Source: Eledone cirrhosa (Eukaryota). From it: 64,000 nucleotides of DNA. Below the pieces are notes generated by a model. It had not been told where the DNA came from and did no database searches. It was given only the letters and a program-made list of their open reading frames with translations. Below are positions 1 through 14,585 of the stretch, one piece after another. A program made the position numbers and the translations under genes. The stretch is taken from the NCBI GenBank assembly GCA_964016885.1, contig OZ024756.1, positions 2,356,001-2,420,000 of the forward strand, given 5' to 3'. Numbering within the stretch: the stretch's first letter is position 1; each line of letters begins with the position of its first letter.

Positions 1-284
1 ATCTCACATTGCTGGACTGGGTTATGTGTTGTGTTCTTGAGCAAAATACTTCATCTCACGTTGCTGGACTGGGTTATGTGTTGTGTTCTTGAGCAAGACA
101 CTTCATCTCACGTTGCTGGACCGGGTTATGTGTTGTGTTTTTGAGCAATACACTTCATCTCACGTTGCTGGACTGGTTTATATGTTGTGTTCTTGAGCAA
201 GACACTTCATCTCACGTTGCTGGACTGGGTTATGTGTTGTGTTCTTGAGCAAGACGCTTCATCTCACGTTGCTTGTCTGGGTTA

Positions 285-3200
285 TGTGTTGTGTTCTTGA
301 GCAGGACACTTCATCTCACGTTGCTGGACTGGGTTATGTGTTGTGTTCTCTTGCAAAACACTTCATCTCAGTTGCTGGACTGGGTTATGTGTTGTGTTCT
401 TGAGCAAGACACTTCATTTCACGTTGCTGGACTGGGTTATGTGTTATGTTCTTGAGCAACACACTTCATTTCACGTTGTTGAACTGGGTTGTGTGTTGTG
501 TTCTTGAGCAGGACACTTCATCTCACGTTGCTGGACTGGGTTGTGTGTGGTGTTCTTGAGCAAAACACTTTATCTAACATTACTGGACTGGGTTATGTGT
601 TGTGTTCTTGAGCAAAATACTTCATCTCACATTACTGGACTGGGTTATGTGTTGTGTTCTTGAGAAAAACACTTCATCTCACATTACTGGACTGGGTTAT
701 GTGTTGTGTTCTTGAGTAAAACACTTCATCTCACGTTGCTGGATTGGGTTATGTGTTGTGTTCTTGAGCAAGACACTTCATCTCACGTTGCTGGACTGGG
801 TTATGTATTGTGTTCTTGAGCAATACACTTCATCTCACGTTGCTGGAATGGGTTATATGTTGTGTTATTGAGCAAGACACTTCAACTCACGTTGCTGGAC
901 TGGGTTATGTGTTGTGTTCATGAGCAGGACACTTCATCTCACGTTGCTGGACTGCGTTATGTGTTGTGTTCTTGAGTAAGACGCTTCATCTCACGTTGCT
1001 GGACTGGGTTATATGTTGTGTTCTTGGGCAGAACACTTCATCTCACGTTGCTGGACTGGGTTATCTGTTGTGTTCTTGAGCAAAACACTTCATCTCACAT
1101 TGCTGGACTGGGTTATGTGTTGTGTTCTTGAGCAAAATACTTCATCTCACGTTGCTGGACTGTGTTATGTGTTGTGTTCTTGAGCAAGACACTTCATCTC
1201 ACGTTGCTGGACCGGGTTATGTGTTGTGTTCTTGAGCAAGACACTTCAATTCACGTTGCTGGACTGGGTTATGTGTTGTGTTCTTGAGCAGGACACTTCA
1301 TCTCACGTTGCTGGACTGGGTTGTGTGTTGTGTTCTTGAGCAAAACACTTCATCTCACGTTGCTGGACTGGGTTATGTGTTGTGTTCTTGAGCAGGACAC
1401 TTCATCTCACGTTGCTGGACTGGGTTATTGTATTATGTTCTTAGAGCAAAACACTTTATCTCACATTACCGGACTGGGTTATGTGTTGTGTTCTTGCGAA
1501 AAACACTTCATCTCACGTTGCTGGACTGGGTTATGTGTTGTGTTCTTGAGTAAAACACTTCATCTCACGTTGCTGGACTGGGTTATGTGTTGTGTTCTTG
1601 AGCAAGACACTTCATTTCACGTTGCTGGACTGGGTTATGTGTTGTGTTCTTGAGCAACACACTTCATTTCACGTTGCTGGACTGGGTTATGTGTTGTGTT
1701 CTTGAGCAAGACACTTCATCTAACGTTGCAGGACTGCCTTATGTGTTGTGTTCTTGAGCAATACACTTCATTTCACGTTGCTGGACTGGGTTATGTGTTG
1801 TGTTCTTGAGCAGGACACTTCATCTGACATTACTGGACTGGGTTAAGTGTGGTGTTCTTGAGCAAAACACTTCATCTCACATTACTGGACTGGGTTATGT
1901 GTTGTGTTCTTGAGCAAAACACTTCATCTCACGTTGCAGGACTGGGTTATGTGTTGTGTTCTTGAGCAGGACACTTCATCTCACGTTTCTGGACTGGGTT
2001 GTGTGTTGTGTTCTTGAGCAAAACACTTTATCTCACATTACTGGACTGGGTTACGTGTTGTGTTCTTGAGCTAAACACTTCATCTCACATTACTGGACTG
2101 GGTTATGTGTTGTGTTCTTGAGTAAAACACTTCATCTCACGTTGCTTGGCTGGGTTATGTGTTGTGTTCTTGAGCAATACACTTTATCTCACGTTCCTGG
2201 ACTGGGTAATGCGTTGTGTTCTTGAGGAAGACACTTCATCTCACGTTGCTGGACTGGGTTATATGTTGTGTTCTTGAGCAGGACACTTCATCTCACGTTG
2301 CTGGACTGGGTTATATGTTGTTTTCTTGAGCAATACACTTCAACTCACGTTGCTGGTCTGGGTTATGTGTTGTGTTCTTGAGCAAAACACTTCAACTCAC
2401 CGGGTTATGTGTTGTGTTTTTGAGGAATACACTTCATCTCACGTTGCTGGACTGGGTTATATGTTGTGCAAGACACTTCAACTCATGTTGTTTTCTTGAG
2501 CAACACACTTCAACTCACGTTGCTGGACTGGGTTATGTGTTGTGTTCTTGAGCAAGACAGTTCATCTCACCGGGTTATGTGTTGTGTTCTTGAGCTAAAC
2601 ACTTCATCTCACATTACTGGACTGGGTTATGTGTTGTGTTCTTGAGCAAGACACTTCAACTCACGTTGCTGGACTGGGTTTTTGTGATGTTTTCTTGAGC
2701 AATACACTTCATCTCACGTTGTTGGATTGGGTTGTGTTGTGTTCTTGAGCAAGACACTTCAACTCACGTTGCTGGGCTGGGTTATGTGTTGTGTTCTTGA
2801 GCAAGACACTTCAACTCAAGTTGCTGAACTGGATTATGTGTTGTGTTCTTGAGCAAAACACTTCAACTCACGTTGCTGGGCTGTGTTATATGTTGTGTTC
2901 TTGATCAAAACACTTCATCTCACGTTGCTGGACTGGGTTATGTGTTGTGTTCTTGAGCAAGACACTTCATTTCAAGTTGCTGGACTGGGTTATGTGTTGT
3001 GTTCTTGAGCAAAACACTTCAACTCACGTTGCTGGACTGGGTTATGTGTTGTGTTCTTGAGCAAAACACTTCATCTCACGTTGCTGGACTGGGATATGTG
3101 TTGTGTTCTTGAGCAAAACACTTCAACTCACGTTGCTGGGCTGTGTTATATGTTGTGTTCTTGATCAAAACACTTCATCTGACGATGCTGGACTGGGTTG

Positions 3201-6200
3201 TGTTGTGTTCTTGAGCAAGACACTTCAACTCACGTTGCTGGGCTGGGTTATGTGTTGTGTTCTTGAGCAAGACACTTCAACTCACGTTGCTGGACTGGGT
3301 TATGTGTTGTGTTCTTGAGCAAAACACTTCAACTCACGTTTCTGGGCTGTGTTATATGTTGTGTTCCTGATCAAAACACTTCATCTCACGTTGCTGGACT
3401 GGCTTATGTGTTGTGTTCTTGAGCAAGACACTTCATTTCAAGTTGCTGGACTGGGTTATGTGTTGTGTTCTTGAGCAAGACACTTCATTTCAAGTTGCTG
3501 GACTGGGTTATGTGTTGTGTTCTTGAGCAAATCACTTCAACTCACGTTGCTGGACTGGGTTATGTGTTGTGTTCTTGAGCAAAACATTTCATCTCACGTT
3601 GCTGGACTGGGATATGTGTTGTGTTCTTGAGCAAGTCACTTCATCTGACGATGCTGGACTGGGTTATATGTTGTGTTCTTGAGCAAAACACTTCATCTCA
3701 CATTACTGGACTGGGTTATGTGTTGTGTTCTTGAGCAACACACTTCAACTCACGTTGCTGGACTGGGTTTTTGTGATGTTTTCTTGAGCAATACACTTCA
3801 TCTCACGTTGTTGGACAGGGTTGTGTTGTGTTCTTGAGCAAGACACTTCAACTCACGTTGCTGGGCTGGGTTATGTGTTGTGTTCTTGAGCAAGACACTT
3901 CAACTCAAGTTGCTGGACTGGGTTATGTGTTGTGTTCTTGAGCAAAACACTTCAACTCACGTTGCTGGGCTGTGTTATATGTTGTGTTCTTGATCAAAAC
4001 ACTTCATCTCACGTTGCTGGACTGGGTTATGTGTTGTGTTCTTGAGCAAAACACTTCAACTCACGTTGCTGGACTGGGTTATGTGTTGTGTTCTTGAGCA
4101 AAACACTTCAACTCACGTTGCTGGGCTGTGTTATATGTTGTGTTCTTGATCAAACCACTTCATCTCACGTTGCTGGACTGGGTTATGTGTTGTGTTCTTG
4201 AGCAAGACACTTCATCTCAAGTTGCTGGACTGGGTTATGTGTTGTGTTCTTGAGCAAAACACTTCATCTCGCGTTGCTGGACAGGGTTTTATGTTGTGCA
4301 AGACACTTCAACTCATGTTGTTTTCTTGAGCAAGACACTTCAACTCACGTTGCTGGACTGGGTTATGTGTTGTGTTCTTGAGCAAGACAATTCATCTCAC
4401 CGGGTTATGTGTTGTGTTCTTGAGCAAAACACTTCATCTCACATTACTGGAGTGGGTTATGTGTTGTGTTCTTGAGAAAAACGCTTCATCTCACGTTGCT
4501 GGACTGGGTTATGTGTTGTGTTTTTGAGCAGGACACTTCATCTCACGTTGCTGGACTGGGTTATGTGTTGTGTTCATGAGCAATACACTTCATCTCACGT
4601 TGCTGGACTGGGTTATGTGTTGTGTTCTTGAGTAAAACACTTCATCTCACGTTGCTGGACTGGGTTATGTATTGTGTTCTTGAGTAAAACACTTCATCTC
4701 ACGTTGCTGGACTGGGTAATGTGTTGTGTTCTTGAGCAATACACTTCATCTCACGTTGCTGGACTGGGTTATGTGTTGTGTTCTTGAGTAAAACACTTCA
4801 TCTCACGTTGCTGGACTGGGTTATGTGTTGTGTTCTTGAGCAAGACACTTCATTTCACGTTGCTGGACTGGGTTATGTGTTGTGTTCTTGAGCAACACAC
4901 TTCATTTCACGTTGCTTGACTGGGTTATGTGTTGTGTTCTTGAGCAAGACACTTCATCTAACGTTGCAGGACTGCCTTATGTGTTGTGTTCTTGAGCAAT
5001 ACACTTCATTTCACGTTGCTGGACTGGGTTATGTGTTGTGTCCTTGAGCAGGACACTTCATCTGACATTACTGGACTGGGATAAGTGTGGTGTTCTTGAG
5101 CAAAACACTTCATCTCACATTACTGGACTGGGTTATGTGTTGTGTTCTTGAGCAAAACACTTCATCTCACGTTGCAGGACTGGGTTATGTGTTGTGTTCT
5201 TGAGCAAAACACTTCATCTCACGTTGCTGGACTGGGTTGTGTGTTGTGTTCTTGAGCAAAACACTTTATCTCACATTACTGGACTGGGTTACGTGTTGTG
5301 TTCTTGAGCAAAACACTTCATCTCACATTACTGGACTGGGTTATGCGTTGTGTTTTTGAGTAAAACACTTCATCTCACGTTGCTTGGCTGGGTTATGTGT
5401 TGTGTTCTTGAGCAATACACTTTATCTCACGTTCCTGGACTGGGTTATGTGTTGTGTTCTTGAGGAAGACACTTCATCTCACGTTGCTGGACTGGGTTAT
5501 AAGTTGTGTTCTTGAGCAGGACACTTCATCTCACATTGCTGGACTGGGTTATATGTTGTTTTCTTGAGCAAGACACTTCAACTCACGTTGCTGGTCTGGG
5601 TTATATGTTGTGTTCTTGAGCAAGACACTTCAATTCACGTTGCTGGACTGGGTTATGTGTGTGTTCTTGAGCAGGACACTTCATCTCACGTTGCTTGACT
5701 GGGATATGTGTTGTTTTCTTGAGCAATACACTTCAACTCACGTTGCTGGACTGGGTTATGTGTTGTGTTCTTGAGCGAAACACTTCATCTCACATTACTG
5801 GACTGGGTTATGTGTTGTGTTTTTGAGTAAAACACTTCATCTCACGTTGCTTGGCTGGGTTATGTGTTGTGTTCTTGAGCAATACACTTTATCTCACGTT
5901 CCTGGACTGGGTTATGTGTTGTGTTCTTGAGGAAGACACTTCATCTCACGTTGCTGGACTGGGTTATATGTTGTGTTCTTGAGCAGGACACTTCATCTCA
6001 CGTTGCTGGACTGGGTTATATGTTGTTTTCTTGAGCAAGACACTTCAACTCACGTTGCTGGACTGCGTTGTGTGTTGTGTTCTTGAGCAAAACACTTCAT
6101 CTCACGTTGCTTGACTGGGATATGTGTTGTTTTCTTGAGCAAGACACTTCAACTCACGTTGCTGGACTGGGTTATGTGTTGTGTTCTTGAGCAAAACACT

Positions 6201-9200
6201 TCAAGTCACCGGGTTATGTGTTGTGTTTTTGAGCAATACACTTCATCTCGCGTTGCTGGAAAGGGTTTTATGTTGTGCAAGACACTTCAACTCATGTTGT
6301 TTTCTTGAGCATGACACTTCAACTCACGTTGCTGGACTGGGTTATGTGTTGTGTTCTTGAGCAAGACACTTCATCTCACCGGGTTATGTGTTGTGTTCTT
6401 GAGCAAAACACTTCATCTCACATTACTGGAGTGGGTTATGTGTTGTGTTCTTGAGAAAAACGCTTCATCTCACGTTGCTGGACTGGGTTATGTGTTGTGT
6501 TTTTGAGCAGGACACTTCATCTCACGTTGCTGGACTGGGTTATGTGTTGTGTTCTTGAGCAATACACTTCATCTCACGTTGCTGGACTGGGTTATGTGTT
6601 GTGTTCTTGAGTAAAACACTTCATCTCACGTTGCTGGACTGGGTTATGTGTTGTGTTCTTGAGTAAAACACTTCATCTCACGTTGCTGGACTGGGTTATG
6701 TGTTGTGTTCTTGAGCAATTCACTTCATCTCACGTTGCTGGACTGGGTTATGTGTTGTGTTCTTGAGTAAAACACTTCATCTCACGTTGCTGGACTGGGT
6801 TATGTGTTGTGTTCTTGAGCAAGACACTTCATTTCACGTTGCTGGACTGGGTTATGTGTTGTGTTCTTGAGCAACACACTTCATTTCACGTTGCTGGACT
6901 GGGTTATGTGTTGTGTTCTTGAGCAAGACACTACATCTAACGTTGCAGGACTGCCTTATGTGTTGTGTTCTTGAGCAATACACTTCATTTCACGTTGCTG
7001 GACTGGGTTATGTGTTGTGTTCTTGAGCAGGACACTTCATCTGACATTACTGGACTGGGTTAAGTGTGGTGTTCTTGAGCAAAACACTTCATCTCACATT
7101 ACTGGACTGGGTTATGTGTTGTGTTCTTGAGCAAAACACTTCATCTCACGTTGCAGGACTGGGTTATGTGTTGTGTTCTTGAGCAGGACACTTCATCTCA
7201 CGTTTCTGGACTGGGTTGTGTGTTGTGTTCTTGAGCAGGACACTTCATCTGACATTACTGGACTGGGATAAGTGTGGTGTTCTTGAGCAAAACACTTCAT
7301 CTCACATTACTGGACTGGGTTATGTGTTGTGTTCTTGAGCAAAACACTTCATCTCACGTTGCAGGACTGGGTTATGTGTTGTGTTCTTGAGCAAAACACT
7401 TCATCTCACGTTGCTGGACTGGGTTGTGTGTTGTGTTCTTGAGCAGGACACTTCATCTCACGTTGCTGGACTGGGTTATGTGTTGTGTTCTCTTGCAAAA
7501 CACTTCATCTCAGTTGCTGGACTGGGTTATGTGTTGTGTTCTTGAGCAAGACACTTCATTTCACGTTGCTGGACTGGGTTATGTGTTATGTTCTTGAGCA
7601 ACACACTTCATTTCACGTTGTTGAACTGGGTTGTGTGTTGTGTTCTTGAGCAGGACACTTCATCTCACGTTGCTGGACTGGGTTGTGTGTGGTGTTCTTG
7701 AGCAAAACACTTTATCTAACATTACTGGACTGGGTTATGTGTTGTGTTCTTGAGCAAAATACTTCATCTCACATTACTGGACTGGGTTATGTGTTGTGTT
7801 CTTGAGAAAAACACTTCATCTCACATTACTGGACTGGGTTATGTGTTGTGTTCTTGAGTAAAACACTTCATCTCACGTTGCTGGATTGGGTTATGTGTTG
7901 TGTTCTTGAGCAAGACACTTCATCTCACGTTGCTGGACTGGGTTATGTATTGTGTTCTTGAGCAATACACTTCATCTCACGTTGCTGGAATGGGTTATAT
8001 GTTGTGTTATTGAGCAAGACACTTCAACTCACGTTGCTGGACTGGGTTATGTGTTGTGTTCATGAGCAGGACACTTCATCTCACGTTGCTGGACTGCGTT
8101 ATGTGTTGTGTTCTTGAGTAAGACGCTTCATCTCACGTTGCTGGACTGGGTTATATGTTGTGTTCTTGGGCAGAACACTTCATCTCACGTTGCTGGACTG
8201 GGTTATCTGTTGTGTTCTTGAGCAAAACACTTCATCTCACATTGCTGGACTGGGTTATGTGTTGTGTTCTTGAGCAAAATACTTCATCTCACGTTGCTGG
8301 ACTGTGTTATGTGTTGTGTTCTTGAGCAAGACACTTCATCTCACGTTGCTGGACCGGGTTATGTGTTGTGTTCTTGAGCAAGACACTTCAATTCACGTTG
8401 CTGGACTGGGTTATGTGTTGTGTTCTTGAGCAGGACACTTCATCTCACGTTGCTGGACTGGGTTGTGTGTTGTGTTCTTGAGCAAAACACTTCATCTCAC
8501 GTTGCTGGACTGGGTTATGTGTTGTGTTCTTGAGCAGGACACTTCATCTCACGTTGCTGGACTGGGTTATTGTATTATGTTCTTAGAGCAAAACACTTTA
8601 TCTCACATTACCGGACTGGGTTATGTGTTGTGTTCTTGCGAAAAACACTTCATCTCACGTTGCTGGACTGGGTTATGTGTTGTGTTCTTGAGTAAAACAC
8701 TTCATCTCACGTTGCTGGACTGGGTTATGTGTTGTGTTCTTGAGCAAGACACTTCATTTCACGTTGCTGGACTGGGTTATGTGTTGTGTTCTTGAGCAAC
8801 ACACTTCATTTCACGTTGCTGGACTGGGTTATGTGTTGTGTTCTTGAGCAAGACACTTCATCTAACGTTGCAGGACTGCCTTATGTGTTGTGTTCTTGAG
8901 CAATACACTTCATTTCACGTTGCTGGACTGGGTTATGTGTTGTGTTCTTGAGCAGGACACTTCATCTGACATTACTGGACTGGGTTAAGTGTGGTGTTCT
9001 TGAGCAAAACACTTCATCTCACATTACTGGACTGGGTTATGTGTTGTGTTCTTGAGCAAAACACTTCATCTCACGTTGCAGGACTGGGTTATGTGTTGTG
9101 TTCTTGAGCAGGACACTTCATCTCACGTTTCTGGACTGGGTTGTGTGTTGTGTTCTTGAGCAAAACACTTTATCTCACATTACTGGACTGGGTTACGTGT

Positions 9201-12200
9201 TGTGTTCTTGAGCTAAACACTTCATCTCACATTACTGGACTGGGTTATGTGTTGTGTTCTTGAGTAAAACACTTCATCTCACGTTGCTTGGCTGGGTTAT
9301 GTGTTGTGTTCTTGAGCAATACACTTTATCTCACGTTCCTGGACTGGGTAATGCGTTGTGTTCTTGAGGAAGACACTTCATCTCACGTTGCTGGACTGGG
9401 TTATATGTTGTGTTCTTGAGCAGGACACTTCATCTCACGTTGCTGGACTGGGTTATATGTTGTTTTCTTGAGCAATACACTTCAACTCACGTTGCTGGTC
9501 TGGGTTATGTGTTGTGTTCTTGAGCAAAACACTTCAACTCACCGGGTTATGTGTTGTGTTTTTGAGGAATACACTTCATCTCACGTTGCTGGACTGGGTT
9601 ATATGTTGTGCAAGACACTTCAACTCATGTTGTTTTCTTGAGCAACACACTTCAACTCACGTTGCTGGACTGGGTTATGTGTTGTGTTCTTGAGCAAGAC
9701 AGTTCATCTCACCGGGTTATGTGTTGTGTTCTTGAGCTAAACACTTCATCTCACATTACTGGACTGGGTTATGTGTTGTGTTCTTGAGCAAGACACTTCA
9801 ACTCACGTTGCTGGACTGGGTTTTTGTGATGTTTTCTTGAGCAATACACTTCATCTCACGTTGTTGGATTGGGTTGTGTTGTGTTCTTGAGCAAGACACT
9901 TCAACTCACGTTGCTGGGCTGGGTTATGTGTTGTGTTCTTGAGCAAGACACTTCAACTCAAGTTGCTGAACTGGATTATGTGTTGTGTTCTTGAGCAAAA
10001 CACTTCAACTCACGTTGCTGGGCTGTGTTATATGTTGTGTTCTTGATCAAAACACTTCATCTCACGTTGCTGGACTGGGTTATGTGTTGTGTTCTTGAGC
10101 AAGACACTTCATTTCAAGTTGCTGGACTGGGTTATGTGTTGTGTTCTTGAGCAAAACACTTCAACTCACGTTGCTGGACTGGGTTATGTGTTGTGTTCTT
10201 GAGCAAAACACTTCATCTCACGTTGCTGGACTGGGATATGTGTTGTGTTCTTGAGCAAAACACTTCAACTCACGTTGCTGGGCTGTGTTATATGTTGTGT
10301 TCTTGATCAAAACACTTCATCTGACGATGCTGGACTGGGTTGTGTTGTGTTCTTGAGCAAGACACTTCAACTCACGTTGCTGGGCTGGGTTATGTGTTGT
10401 GTTCTTGAGCAAGACACTTCAACTCACGTTGCTGGACTGGGTTATGTGTTGTGTTCTTGAGCAAAACACTTCAACTCACGTTTCTGGGCTGTGTTATATG
10501 TTGTGTTCCTGATCAAAACACTTCATCTCACGTTGCTGGACTGGCTTATGTGTTGTGTTCTTGAGCAAGACACTTCATTTCAAGTTGCTGGACTGGGTTA
10601 TGTGTTGTGTTCTTGAGCAAGACACTTCATTTCAAGTTGCTGGACTGGGTTATGTGTTGTGTTCTTGAGCAAATCACTTCAACTCACGTTGCTGGACTGG
10701 GTTATGTGTTGTGTTCTTGAGCAAAACATTTCATCTCACGTTGCTGGACTGGGATATGTGTTGTGTTCTTGAGCAAGTCACTTCATCTGACGATGCTGGA
10801 CTGGGTTATATGTTGTGTTCTTGAGCAAAACACTTCATCTCACATTACTGGACTGGGTTATGTGTTGTGTTCTTGAGCAACACACTTCAACTCACGTTGC
10901 TGGACTGGGTTTTTGTGATGTTTTCTTGAGCAATACACTTCATCTCACGTTGTTGGACAGGGTTGTGTTGTGTTCTTGAGCAAGACACTTCAACTCACGT
11001 TGCTGGGCTGGGTTATGTGTTGTGTTCTTGAGCAAGACACTTCAACTCAAGTTGCTGGACTGGGTTATGTGTTGTGTTCTTGAGCAAAACACTTCAACTC
11101 ACGTTGCTGGGCTGTGTTATATGTTGTGTTCTTGATCAAAACACTTCATCTCACGTTGCTGGACTGGGTTATGTGTTGTGTTCTTGAGCAAAACACTTCA
11201 ACTCACGTTGCTGGACTGGGTTATGTGTTGTGTTCTTGAGCAAAACACTTCAACTCACGTTGCTGGGCTGTGTTATATGTTGTGTTCTTGATCAAACCAC
11301 TTCATCTCACGTTGCTGGACTGGGTTATGTGTTGTGTTCTTGAGCAAGACACTTCATCTCAAGTTGCTGGACTGGGTTATGTGTTGTGTTCTTGAGCAAA
11401 ACACTTCATCTCGCGTTGCTGGACAGGGTTTTATGTTGTGCAAGACACTTCAACTCATGTTGTTTTCTTGAGCAAGACACTTCAACTCACGTTGCTGGAC
11501 TGGGTTATGTGTTGTGTTCTTGAGCAAGACAATTCATCTCACCGGGTTATGTGTTGTGTTCTTGAGCAAAACACTTCATCTCACATTACTGGAGTGGGTT
11601 ATGTGTTGTGTTCTTGAGAAAAACGCTTCATCTCACGTTGCTGGACTGGGTTATGTGTTGTGTTTTTGAGCAGGACACTTCATCTCACGTTGCTGGACTG
11701 GGTTATGTGTTGTGTTCATGAGCAATACACTTCATCTCACGTTGCTGGACTGGGTTATGTGTTGTGTTCTTGAGTAAAACACTTCATCTCACGTTGCTGG
11801 ACTGGGTTATGTATTGTGTTCTTGAGTAAAACACTTCATCTCACGTTGCTGGACTGGGTAATGTGTTGTGTTCTTGAGCAATACACTTCATCTCACGTTG
11901 CTGGACTGGGTTATGTGTTGTGTTCTTGAGTAAAACACTTCATCTCACGTTGCTGGACTGGGTTATGTGTTGTGTTCTTGAGCAAGACACTTCATTTCAC
12001 GTTGCTGGACTGGGTTATGTGTTGTGTTCTTGAGCAACACACTTCATTTCACGTTGCTGGACTGGGTTATGTGTTTTGTTCTTGAGCAAGACACTTCATC
12101 TAACGTTGCAGGACTGCCTTATGTGTTGTGTTCTTGAGCAATACACTTCATTTCACGTTGCTGGACTGGGTTATGTGTTGTGTCCTTGAGCAGGACACTT

Positions 12201-14585
12201 CATCTGACATTACTGGACTGGGATAAGTGTGGTGTTCTTGAGCAAAACACTTCATCTCACATTACTGGACTGGGTTATGTGTTGTGTTCTTGAGCAAAAC
12301 ACTTCATCTCACGTTGCAGGACTGGGTTATGTGTTGTGTTCTTGAGCAAAACACTTCATCTCACGTTGCTGGACTGGGTTGTGTGTTGTGTTCTTGAGCA
12401 AAACACTTTATCTCACATTACTGGACTGGGTTACGTGTTGTGTTCTTGAGCAAAACACTTCATCTCACATTACTGGACTGGGTTATGCGTTGTGTTTTTG
12501 AGTAAAACACTTCATCTCACGTTGCTTGGCTGGGTTATGTGTTGTGTTCTTGAGCAATACACTTTATCTCACGTTCCTGGACTGGGTTATGTGTTGTGTT
12601 CTTGAGGAAGACACTTCATCTCACGTTGCTGGACTGGGTTATAAGTTGTGTTCTTGAGCAGGACACTTCATCTCACATTGCTGGACTGGGTTATATGTTG
12701 TTTTCTTGAGCAAGACACTTCAACTCACGTTGCTGGTCTGGGTTATATGTTGTGTTCTTGAGCAAGACACTTCAATTCACGTTGCTGGACTGGGTTATGT
12801 GTGTGTTCTTGAGCAGGACACTTCATCTCACGTTGCTTGACTGGGATATGTGTTGTTTTCTTGAGCAATACACTTCAACTCACGTTGCTGGACTGGGTTA
12901 TGTGTTGTGTTCTTGAGCGAAACACTTCATCTCACATTACTGGACTGGGTTATGTGTTGTGTTTTTGAGTAAAACACTTCATCTCACGTTGCTTGGCTGG
13001 GTTATGTGTTGTGTTCTTGAGCAATACACTTTATCTCACGTTCCTGGACTGGGTTATGTGTTGTGTTCTTGAGGAAGACACTTCATCTCACGTTGCTGGA
13101 CTGGGTTATATGTTGTGTTCTTGAGCAGGACACTTCATCTCACGTTGCTGGACTGGGTTATATGTTGTTTTCTTGAGCAAGACACTTCAACTCACGTTGC
13201 TGGACTGCGTTGTGTGTTGTGTTCTTGAGCAAAACACTTCATCTCACGTTGCTTGACTGGGATATGTGTTGTTTTCTTGAGCAAGACACTTCAACTCACG
13301 TTGCTGGACTGGGTTATGTGTTGTGTTCTTGAGCAAAACACTTCAAGTCACCGGGTTATGTGTTGTGTTTTTGAGCAATACACTTCATCTCGCGTTGCTG
13401 GAAAGGGTTTTATGTTGTGCAAGACACTTCAACTCATGTTGTTTTCTTGAGCATGACACTTCAACTCACGTTGCTGGACTGGGTTATGTGTTGTGTTCTT
13501 GAGCAAGACACTTCATCTCACCGGGTTATGTGTTGTGTTCTTGAGCAAAACACTTCATCTCACATTACTGGAGTGGGTTATGTGTTGTGTTCTTGAGAAA
13601 AACGCTTCATCTCACGTTGCTGGACTGGGTTATGTGTTGTGTTTTTGAGCAGGACACTTCATCTCACGTTGCTGGACTGGGTTATGTGTTGTGTTCTTGA
13701 GCAATACACTTCATCTCACGTTGCTGGACTGGGTTATGTGTTGTGTTCTTGAGTAAAACACTTCATCTCACGTTGCTGGACTGGGTTATGTGTTGTGTTC
13801 TTGAGTAACACACTTCATCTCACGTTGCTGGACTGGGTTATGTGTTGTGTTCTTGAGCAATACACTTCATCTCACGTTGCTGGACTGGGTTATGTGTTGT
13901 GTTCTTGAGTAAAACACTTCATCTCACGTTGCTGGACTGGGTTATGTGTTGTGTTCTTGAGCAAGACACTTCATTTCACGTTGCTGGACTGGGTTATGTG
14001 TTGTGTTCTTGAGCAACACACTTCATTTCACGTTGCTGGACTGGGTTATGTGTTGTGTTCTTGAGCAAGACACTACATCTAACGTTGCAGGACTGCCTTA
14101 TGTGTTGTGTTCTTGAGCAATACACTTCATTTCACGTTGCTGGACTGGGTTATGTGTTGTGTTCTTGAGCAGGACACTTCATCTGACATTACTGGACTGG
14201 GTTAAGTGTGGTGTTCTTGAGCAAAACACTTCATCTCACATTACTGGACTGGGTTATGTGTTGTGTTCTTGAGCAAAACACTTCATCTCACGTTGCAGGA
14301 CTGGGTTATGTGTTGTGTTCTTGAGCAGGACACTTCATCTCACGTTTCAGGACTGGGTTGTGTGTTGTGTTCTTGAGCAGGACACTTCATCTGACATTAC
14401 TGGACTGGGATAAGTGTGGTGTTCTTGAGCAAAACACTTCATCTCACATTACTGGACTGGGTTATGTGTTGTGTTCTTGAGCAAAACACTTCATCTCACG
14501 TTGCAGGACTGGGTTATGTGTTGTGTTCTTGAGCAAAACACTTCATCTCACGTTGCTGGACTGGGTTGTGTGTTGTGTTCTTGAG
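285..14585 (+). repeat. Near-identical 7,142-bp tandem duplication (higher-order repeat) within the satellite
   Basis: Identical ORF translations at a constant offset of 7142 (1321/8463, 3103/10245, 6111/13253). Rare variant TTCTCTTGCAAAACAC occurs at ~346 and ~7488. Boundaries approximate. Confidence 0.9.
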